In this document: in pieces, positions 57,012 to 64,000 of the stretch | Position numbering within the stretch: position 1 is the stretch's first letter | Layout of the letters: each line of letters starts with the position of its first letter | From: an uncultured Acidobacteriota bacterium | GTDB lineage: Bacteria > Acidobacteriota > Terriglobia > Terriglobales > Acidobacteriaceae | Direction of reading: 5' to 3' | Assembly (NCBI GenBank): GCA_963821145.1 | Contig: CAWGCV010000009.1 | Coordinates: 36,412-100,411 of the forward strand | DNA length: 64,000 nucleotides | Translations under genes and position numbers: made by a program | The notes under the pieces: model-generated | Database searches by the model: none | What the model saw: the letters and a program-made list of their open reading frames with translations, nothing else | Told to the model about the DNA's origin: nothing

Positions 57012-57944
57012 ATGGAGAATTTTCGACTCAAAGTCTTTCGAATCGTGGCGCAGCACCTCAACTTCAGCCGCGCTGCGGAGGAACTATCGCTTTCACAGCC
57101 CGCTGTCACACAGCAGATCAAAGCCCTCGAGGAGGAATACGGGATTCCCCTGTTCGATCGAAGCGGCGGTCGAATCGCGTTGACAATGGCCGGCAATGCC
57201 TTGCTTCCCTATGCGAACAAGCTGAAAGCAATCTCAGACGAAGCCTACGAGGCCGTCATCGGCACCGGCGGTGATCACGCCGGGAATCTTGCACTCGGCG
57301 CGTCCCAAACCATTGGGCAATATCTTCTGCCACAACTGGTGGCCGCTTTCGTCCGGGAAAACCCGCGCATTGCAATCACCGCAACCAGCGGCAATACGGA
57401 TGAAATGCTCACAGCCCTCGCTGCCGGGCGAATTCAGCTAGCCTTAGTCGAGGGCCCCGGGTTGCGCAAAGATGTCCATGTCGAACCGTACATGGAAGAT
57501 CACATGGTCCTGGTGGTGCCGGCGAGCCACGAGTGGGCCGACCACGAGATCGACATCGATCAACTAAAAAAAGAACCCCTGCTCATGCGTGAATTCGGAT
57601 CGGGATCGCGCCGCGTTGTGGAGGCCGCCTTGTCAAAGGCCGGCCTGCAGAAAAGAGACCTGAAAACGACCATGGACCTCGACTCCACTGAAGCTTTACT
57701 GAGCGCCGTGGAGGCTGGCCTGGGCGTCACCTTCGTGTCGCGCTGGGCGGTGCGGAACCAGTTGGCACTGGGCACACTTCGACTGGCCCGAGTGCGAAAA
57801 TTCAGCTTATCTCGAATGTTTTCTCTCGCATACCCGTTAGGACCAGAACCGAGTGGGAATGCAGGCACCTTCCGTCGCTTCATGTTGCATCGCGCCACCG
57901 AGCTTGCCCCCCGGGTGACCGGAAAAGCCCGAAAGAAGGGCTGA
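57012..57944 (+). CDS. LysR-family transcriptional regulator (YeiE-like by position)
   Basis: HTH N-terminus MENFRLKVFRIVAQHLNFSRAAEELSLSQPAVTQQIKALEEEYGIPLFDR plus a LysR substrate-binding domain. It is divergent from yeiH, as yeiE-yeiH is in E. coli. Confidence 0.88.
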   Translation: MENFRLKVFRIVAQHLNFSRAAEELSLSQPAVTQQIKALEEEYGIPLFDRSGGRIALTMAGNALLPYANKLKAISDEAYEAVIGTGGDHAGNLALGASQTIGQYLLPQLVAAFVRENPRIAITATSGNTDEMLTALAAGRIQLALVEGPGLRKDVHVEPYMEDHMVLVVPASHEWADHEIDIDQLKKEPLLMREFGSGSRRVVEAALSKAGLQKRDLKTTMDLDSTEALLSAVEAGLGVTFVSRWAVRNQLALGTLRLARVRKFSLSRMFSLAYPLGPEPSGNAGTFRRFMLHRATELAPRVTGKARKKG

Positions 57945-58274
57945 TAGCCGTCCAAAATCACGCCGATCGATCGAAATTCCTGTCTTGTCGAACAAACGCC
58001 GAAGCCCGCTGCATTCCAAATTAACTTTCGGAGGCCTCAACGGAACCCATCGGGGAATCCGAAGGAAAAACGTTGATTATTCGCATTAAAAGGGTACCAT
58101 TCGTAATGGAACGGGTTATACTCGCAATTACCTTGCATGGCCGTTTCACCCAGACAAGGCCCGTAGTCCTTGAAGTTTTGCCCCTCCGCAGCACTATCCC
58201 CCTGGAGGATTTCGTTCGATTCGAACACCGCAATTGTTTCTTCTCCCTTGGCGATCAACAGTCACGCTTAGCTT

Positions 58275-60839
58275 GTGTGGGTATGTTGTCGAATGTCCGT
58301 TGCCAGCGCAAGTTGCCCTTTTCGAAAGAAAGGAACGATATCTGTGAAGAGCAGTTGGATTCGCCGGCGCGGGGCCGTTCCCGCTACATGCATTGCCTGC
58401 GGAGTTCTGTCGATCCCCTGTCTTTTGAGCCTCGCTACGGCTCACGCGCAGACGAAGGTATTGCAGATTCAAATTAGCGCTTCTGACGGAACATATAGCG
58501 CTGGCGTTGCTGGAAAGAGCGAATTTGTTTTGCACGCAGGCGTCGCCGCTCAGGTAAATGGCCAGTGGTTGCGGTCCAAGGATTATCCAAAGCATGCAAC
58601 CGCCGAATCCAGCGTTTCAGATGACATGGGGACCGCCCACGAATGGGCCGTGACATTTTCCGGTTTGGCTGGCGAGCCCGACCTCATTTATCGATTGCGC
58701 GCGTATCCCGACAAGCCATTTGCGGACGTTCAGGTCTTCGTTCGAAACACTACGGCGCAAATGATCAATGTGGAGTCGATTCGCCCGGTCGAAGCGCTCG
58801 GAAGTTCGATTCTCAACCTGAATGGAAATTCCGCGGAAGATCGCATCCTTTCCGATAGCTTCAGTGAGGATCGCCCGAACATTACGATTCACGACCTGGG
58901 CGACAATGATATGCATCGTGGCGTTGGCAGCCAGCTGGTTTACAACCGCCAAAGCCGCGAAAGCTTTTTCGTGGGCGCATTGACTTCCGATCGTTTCCTG
59001 ACCATCCTCCGTATCCACCTGGATGAGAAAAGCCCCACCAAACAGATCGCTGCTTACGAAGTAGACTCCACCGGAACAACAGAGATGGAAACCGATGAGT
59101 GGGGCTCGCTTCACGACGCCAGGCCGGAAGATGAAATTGCGTTGCAAACACCACTGGCGCCGGGCGCTGAACTCGCCTCAGAAAAATTATTGCTCAGCAT
59201 CGATTCTGATTACCATCATCAGCTCGACACCTATGGAACCCTGATCCGGCAACTCCATCACCCCCGCATCTCAGCGCCAACGCCCATGGGTTGGTGGAGT
59301 TGGACTGCGTACTATTTCGGCCTGAACTCCGGGACTGCGCTGACCAACGCGCAATGGGAGTCGCAGCATCTGAAGTCGCTCGGCTACGATTTCTTCCACA
59401 TCGATGAAGGCTACCAATACGCGCGCGGAGAATACAGCACACCGAATGCAACGTTATTCCCCAATGGACTGGCTGGAATGGAGCAAAAGGTCACCAATCT
59501 CGGCCTGGTTCCGGGAATATGGACCGCTCCCTTTGAAGTTTCAGTGCGCTCGTGGGTGTATCAAAATCATCCGGACTGGCTTGTCCACAACGCGAACGGT
59601 GAACCCATCCACATCGGCTGGGTCACAGACCACAACGACGCTCTGTATGTATTGGACAGTACCAATCCCGGCGCCCAGGAGTATCTGCGGAAGACCTATC
59701 AAACTCTGGTTCGCGACTGGGGAATTCGCTACATCAAGATGGACTTTATGGACGACACCGCGATTGAGGGCAATTACTATCGCCCCAATACTTCTGCCCT
59801 GCAGGCGCAGCGGATCGGCCTGGGAATTATTCGCCAGGCGGTCGGAAATGAAGTTCTACTCGATAAAGACGGCAGCGTGATGCTCAACCCTGTCGGCTTT
59901 GTCGACTTCGGACGAATTTCGCAAGACACCGGCCACACGTTTGAGGCCAGCAGCGAAGCGGCTTCCGGCATCGCCGCTCGTTACTATATGAACCGCAATT
60001 ATTTTGTGGCCGACCCGGATGCATTCAGTGTCTCCAGGCAGACTGTCGACGATCAGTCGTGGCACAACTCAGCTACGCCTCTCTCGCAGGATGAGGCCGA
60101 GGTTTCCATTGCTCTGGCCGCGGTGTCGGGCGGTATGTACGAAATTGGCGACGACCTGCCGACGCTCGGGTCAGAACCCGATCGGCTAGCTCTGGTGCAG
60201 AATCAGGACCTGATCGATATGGTTCGGCTTGGCCATTCCTCTACTCCCTTGGACTTGATGTCGTATCTACCCGAAGATCGCCAGCCGAGCATCTTCTTTC
60301 TGAAAGAGAGTGCCCGACAGAGCGTAGCAACAATTTTCAACTGGACAGACAAGGCGCGTACTCACACCCTCACGCTTGCCAGTCTCGGACTGGATGCGAC
60401 CGGATCTTATACGGTCACGGATGTGTTGGACAAGAAGCGGAGTTCAATCTCGGCCACAAAACCGTTGGTCGTGTCGCAACCGCCTCACTCTGTGCGAGTG
60501 CTCAAGATTATCGATACTGCTATTCCTGCGCGACCACCGGTAGTGCACGCAAACCATTCGACGGCCGCCAAAGCAGGCGAGACCGTCACGTTCTCGGCTG
60601 TAACCTCCAATTCCAGTGATCCTGTGTTGTCGTATCAATGGGATTTTGGAGACGGAATATCTCTCAAAGGGCCTCAGGTCACCCACGCGTACACCCATGA
60701 AGGCAGTTACGCTGTGAAGTTGAGAACGGTCGGTTTGGATGGTCTAGAGACAGTCGATTCGTCTCAATTGCAGGTCAGCGGTGCGATCGCAACACGGTTC
60801 GTTCCAAAGGAAAACCAGAGATATAAGCCAGTTCAATAA
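58275..60839 (+). CDS. Secreted alpha-galactosidase-like glycoside hydrolase (clan GH-D, GH27/GH36-type) with a C-terminal PKD domain
   Basis: Clan GH-D motifs PTPMGWWSWTAYY, FHIDEGYQ, GIRYIKMDF (nucleophile region) and FGRISQDTG (acid/base region). PKD motif YQWDFGDGISL..HAYTHEGSY. The signal peptide begins at GTG 58344 (VKSSWIRRRG..SLATAHAQ), the likely true start. Confidence 0.75.
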   Translation: MWVCCRMSVASASCPFRKKGTISVKSSWIRRRGAVPATCIACGVLSIPCLLSLATAHAQTKVLQIQISASDGTYSAGVAGKSEFVLHAGVAAQVNGQWLRSKDYPKHATAESSVSDDMGTAHEWAVTFSGLAGEPDLIYRLRAYPDKPFADVQVFVRNTTAQMINVESIRPVEALGSSILNLNGNSAEDRILSDSFSEDRPNITIHDLGDNDMHRGVGSQLVYNRQSRESFFVGALTSDRFLTILRIHLDEKSPTKQIAAYEVDSTGTTEMETDEWGSLHDARPEDEIALQTPLAPGAELASEKLLLSIDSDYHHQLDTYGTLIRQLHHPRISAPTPMGWWSWTAYYFGLNSGTALTNAQWESQHLKSLGYDFFHIDEGYQYARGEYSTPNATLFPNGLAGMEQKVTNLGLVPGIWTAPFEVSVRSWVYQNHPDWLVHNANGEPIHIGWVTDHNDALYVLDSTNPGAQEYLRKTYQTLVRDWGIRYIKMDFMDDTAIEGNYYRPNTSALQAQRIGLGIIRQAVGNEVLLDKDGSVMLNPVGFVDFGRISQDTGHTFEASSEAASGIAARYYMNRNYFVADPDAFSVSRQTVDDQSWHNSATPLSQDEAEVSIALAAVSGGMYEIGDDLPTLGSEPDRLALVQNQDLIDMVRLGHSSTPLDLMSYLPEDRQPSIFFLKESARQSVATIFNWTDKARTHTLTLASLGLDATGSYTVTDVLDKKRSSISATKPLVVSQPPHSVRVLKIIDTAIPARPPVVHANHSTAAKAGETVTFSAVTSNSSDPVLSYQWDFGDGISLKGPQVTHAYTHEGSYAVKLRTVGLDGLETVDSSQLQVSGAIATRFVPKENQRYKPVQ

Positions 60840-61005
60840 AAGCAGAGATGTACATACGAAAAAGACATTTTGTCACAGTTTGTACCTATTGAAATATTGA
60901 ACAACTAATTTCAGGCTTGACAATGATTGCAATCAAGAACTAAACAACCTTGTGCGTAATAAAAATATTATTTCGATTTCTATTGTTTTTTGGGAGGGTA
61001 TTGTG

Positions 61006-64000
61006 ATGAAGGCAGGTCGGTTCGCTATTCTTCTTGGACTGATAATCGCGATCGGTTGTCTTTCCTCGGTCGTGTTGGCCCAGTCGATTAATCAGACACA
61101 ACTTCGTGGAACTGTCACGGACTCGTCTGGAGCGATCGTCGCTGGAGCGAAAGTTACCATTACGGATGTCGGGACGAACATCTCCCAAACCACTACATCC
61201 AATGCGACAGGAACGTACGCGTTCACTGCACTGCGAGCCTCCAATTACAAACTGCTGGTCGAGGCCCCTGCCTTTGGCTCGGTCGAGAAGGAAGGCATTA
61301 CTCTCACAGTCAACCAGGCCTCCACTCTCAACATAACGTTGAAGCCGGCGAGTCAACAGGCGAGTGTGACGGTCCAGGGGATTCCCGTGTTGCTCGATAC
61401 GGGCACCGCCACATTGGGAACGGACATTCCAAGCAAGTACCTGACTACCATCCCGCTTGAGAATCGTGACCCGTTTGGCATCGCATTTCTAGCCGCGGGT
61501 GTTACGGAGTCCGCAGGTTCCGGCATCAGCGATTCCTACCCGTCGGGGACAAATTTCATATCCAATGGTCAGAGAAATTCAACGGCGAACATACGGCTCG
61601 ACGGCGTACTGATCACAGCTCCTGAACAAGGTGAAGGCGGCAACTCTAATACCTACTACCAAGCCACCGTAGAAGGACTGCAGGAAACGAAAGTGCAGAA
61701 TAATAGCTTCTCGGCGGAGTATGGTGGGGGCACCGTCATCGACGAAGTGATGAAGTCCGGGACCAATCAACTTCACGGGAGCGCTTACTGGTTTAACCAG
61801 AATTCCGCTTACGATGCCCGTGACTATTTCAATAGCGGTCCCAAACCTGGCCACAAACAAAACCAGGATGGATTTTCGATTGGTGGCCCGATCGTCAAGA
61901 ACAAAACGTTTTTCTTCGGCGATTTGGAGTCTGTGATTGCCAGCAATCCGGTCAACATCGTCGCGACTGTACCAACAGCGGACGAGATCAATGGCAATTT
62001 TTCCGCAGCTATGACCTATGACCAGAACGGGAATCTAGTTCAAAACCAGATTTACGATCCTTTTTTGATCGACCAGACCACCGACACACGCCCTGCCTAC
62101 AATAACAACACCATTCTTCCAAGTGAAATTGATCCCGTCGGACAGGCGATCATGAAACTGTATCCCGCACCCAACACAACTCCAGACGCCACCGGCTCGA
62201 ATAACTACCGTGATGTCATTCTCAGTTCGTCCAATTCTCTTCAGATCGACGTCAAAATCGACCAGCAATTCACGCCGAAGTCTTCTCTCTCTGTCCGCTA
62301 CAGCAATATCTTTGGCAGCGGATCGACACCAACGGTTTTCGGCGATGGCGAATTCAACGACGGACTTGCCTATACTACCCGCGTCTTTAACGATGGCATC
62401 AACTACTCTTATATGCCAACTGCAAATACGTTGTGGACCACAACGTTTGGGTTGGATCGAGTATCACAGCCGTCCCACACAAACTACCCGAGCCCGACCT
62501 CGGTAGGATTTCCGTCCTATCTGGAACAAAACGGCGTCGTCCGTATGCCCTCCATCATTATGGAAGATTCACAATGGACTTCCATCTATGACCAGTGCTG
62601 TGTCGATACCCAGTTTGCTCACACGCTGTATAACTACTCCACGTCGTTCTCGTGGACGAAGGGTCAGCACACGCTGAAGGCCGGCGGCTCACAACAACTG
62701 TTTTATAACAACTTTTTCCAACCCAACTATCCCAATGGCTATTTCAGCTTTAATCAGTTCGTTACATCCCAATCTCCATTTGACACAGCAAACGGCGTCC
62801 AGGGAAACGACTTTGCAAGCTTACTCGTCGGCTGGGGTGATCCAGGCGCCAGCGGTATCAATGTCACTCAATCCGTCGCTGACAAATCGTCAGAAACTGC
62901 GTTCTTTGTGCAGGACGACTGGAGAGCGACCAGCAAATTAACGCTGAATCTGGGCCTGCGCTACCAGTGGGACACTCCATATACAGAGCGGCACAACAAT
63001 AGCCAATTTAGCGACTTCACCGGAGATAGCGGGATTTCCGTCGCAGGATATCCTGGTACGTTGCAGGGAACCACCATCTTCGCCTCTTCTAAAAAGAGAA
63101 CTGTTCCTACGGATTTCAGTAACATCGATCCGCGCATCGGCTTCGCCTACATGGTGAATGAGAAGACTGTATTTCGCGGAGGAGCCGGAATTTATACCGG
63201 ATACAGCGGCTTTACAAACTTCCAATACCCCGGCGCAGCCTACACCGCAAGTCCGGACGCATTCTTCAGCAAGGATGGAGGCATTACCCGTTACGCGACG
63301 ATGGAAAATCCATTCCCCGGCGGAATCCCTCCAGCCCAGGGCCAGACCTATGGTCCGTTGGCGCTATGGGGATTGCAGGACCCGAACAATCTAGGAACGC
63401 AGACTGCAAAGAACGCCAAGATCTACCAGTGGAATATCGGGATTCAGCGGGCACTCCCTGGCGACATTGTTCTTGCCATCAACTACTCAGCAAATCGCAG
63501 CACCTACCTTCCGTGGGCTGGAACGGATAACCGCAATTTCATTGCTTCTTCGATACGATCGCAACAAACAAGCCAGAGTCTCAGCAACCTGGTTACGAAC
63601 CCATTTCAGAGTCTGTTCTCTGGACCCGGCGCAATTTTCAACGTCCCGTCCTCTCGCTACAGTGATCCTCAACTCCCGTTGCTGAATCTTCTGCGACCTT
63701 ATCCGCAGTTCGATGGCGTCTTTAGCGGCTACAAGGTGATTTCGGCGAATTCCTGGTATAACGCACTGCAGCTAGTCTTCCAGAAACGCGGCGGCAAGTA
63801 CCTGAACTTTGAGGGGAACTATACCTGGTCCAAGAATATGGATGACTCCTCCGCGGGCAATAATGACTGGGTTGGGACGCTCTCGGGGGTGAATGGAAGT
63901 TCCCTGCCGCAGGAGTTAGACCACCTGAAACGCGAGTGGTCTGTAAGCGCGAATGATGCCACCAACCGACTCGTCGGCGCTGTCATCTTTCAACTTCCAA
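61006..64000 (+). CDS. TonB-dependent receptor with an N-terminal carboxypeptidase-regulatory-like domain (acidobacterial type); runs off the window end
   Basis: My translation from ATG 61006 (GGGAGGG 8 nt upstream) gives MKAGRFAILLGLIIAIGCLSSVVLAQSINQTQLRGTVTDSSGAIVAGAKVTITDVGTNISQTTTSNATGTYAFTALRASNYKLLVEAPAFG... No listed ORF occupies this frame, and the spot-checked final codons (..DATNRLVGAVIFQLP at the window end) remain open. It is absent from the ORF track because it is truncated. Confidence 0.8.
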   Translation, partial: MKAGRFAILLGLIIAIGCLSSVVLAQSINQTQLRGTVTDSSGAIVAGAKVTITDVGTNISQTTTSNATGTYAFTALRASNYKLLVEAPAFGSVEKEGITLTVNQASTLNITLKPASQQASVTVQGIPVLLDTGTATLGTDIPSKYLTTIPLENRDPFGIAFLAAGVTESAGSGISDSYPSGTNFISNGQRNSTANIRLDGVLITAPEQGEGGNSNTYYQATVEGLQETKVQNNSFSAEYGGGTVIDEVMKSGTNQLHGSAYWFNQNSAYDARDYFNSGPKPGHKQNQDGFSIGGPIVKNKTFFFGDLESVIASNPVNIVATVPTADEINGNFSAAMTYDQNGNLVQNQIYDPFLIDQTTDTRPAYNNNTILPSEIDPVGQAIMKLYPAPNTTPDATGSNNYRDVILSSSNSLQIDVKIDQQFTPKSSLSVRYSNIFGSGSTPTVFGDGEFNDGLAYTTRVFNDGINYSYMPTANTLWTTTFGLDRVSQPSHTNYPSPTSVGFPSYLEQNGVVRMPSIIMEDSQWTSIYDQCCVDTQFAHTLYNYSTSFSWTKGQHTLKAGGSQQLFYNNFFQPNYPNGYFSFNQFVTSQSPFDTANGVQGNDFASLLVGWGDPGASGINVTQSVADKSSETAFFVQDDWRATSKLTLNLGLRYQWDTPYTERHNNSQFSDFTGDSGISVAGYPGTLQGTTIFASSKKRTVPTDFSNIDPRIGFAYMVNEKTVFRGGAGIYTGYSGFTNFQYPGAAYTASPDAFFSKDGGITRYATMENPFPGGIPPAQGQTYGPLALWGLQDPNNLGTQTAKNAKIYQWNIGIQRALPGDIVLAINYSANRSTYLPWAGTDNRNFIASSIRSQQTSQSLSNLVTNPFQSLFSGPGAIFNVPSSRYSDPQLPLLNLLRPYPQFDGVFSGYKVISANSWYNALQLVFQKRGGKYLNFEGNYTWSKNMDDSSAGNNDWVGTLSGVNGSSLPQELDHLKREWSVSANDATNRLVGAVIFQLP

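Noticed and set aside
58037-58258. 73-aa minus-strand ORF (..GPCLGETAMQGNCEYNPFHYEWYPFNANNQRF..) in the ~400-bp gap between the LysR gene and the alpha-galactosidase
   Set aside because: It has a TTG start with no Shine-Dalgarno-like sequence, no recognisable family, and third-position GC (41 of 73 codons) that is unremarkable. It could be real, but I cannot support it.
1-64000. Search for mobile elements, CRISPR arrays, tRNA/rRNA genes, toxin-antitoxin or defence-system genes
   Set aside because: I found no direct-repeat arrays, transposase/integrase/recombinase-like translations, cloverleaf-like sequences or small paired ORFs in any frame. The window looks like stable chromosomal metabolic and envelope DNA.

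Overview
This is a gene-dense 64-kb chromosomal segment. Its content resembles a soil Acidobacteriota (Terriglobia-type) genome. That placement is an inference from hallmark families: a CarboxypepD_reg-fused TonB-dependent receptor, DUF1080, an orphan MacB/FtsX permease and many exported sugar-active enzymes. There are about 45 protein-coding genes. I found no rRNA, tRNA, CRISPR array, transposase, integrase or phage genes. Order along the window: (1) an imuA-imuB-dnaE2 SOS-mutagenesis cassette on the minus strand, with dnaE2 cut by the window edge; (2) a 7-gene Mrp/Mbh-like cation:proton antiporter operon in E-F-G-DUF4040-B-C-D order; (3) a DUF1080 protein, ilvA, gltBD and a class-I aminotransferase; (4) a secreted gluconolactonase converging on a 7-gene minus-strand cluster; (5) a frameshifted HExxH peptidase, a nitroreductase and an orphan permease; (6) hemE-hemH-hemY; (7) lutABC; (8) an IclR-HTH/sugar-binding hybrid regulator with rhaEW-rhaB-rhaI and a lactonase/TIM-barrel/Gfo-Idh-MocA trio; (9) a large Omp85 (TamA/BamA-like) protein plus TamB; (10) a divergent yeiH/LysR pair; (11) an alpha-galactosidase-PKD protein and a TonB-dependent receptor that runs off the window. 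The cluster in (4) is the most unusual part. It encodes exported enzymes (PQQ dehydrogenase, dihaem cytochrome c, mutarotase-fold protein, single-chain triple-RidA, bicupin, Tat-exported SelA/DgaE-like PLP enzyme) plus an ACS-type MFS transporter. I propose it is a periplasmic oxidation/deamination route for an amino sugar or sugar acid. Four conserved genes (peptidase, hemE, lutB, yeiH) are each split by what looks like one extra base. All functional calls come from reading motifs in the supplied translations and from my own translation of the window-edge ORFs, not from database searches.
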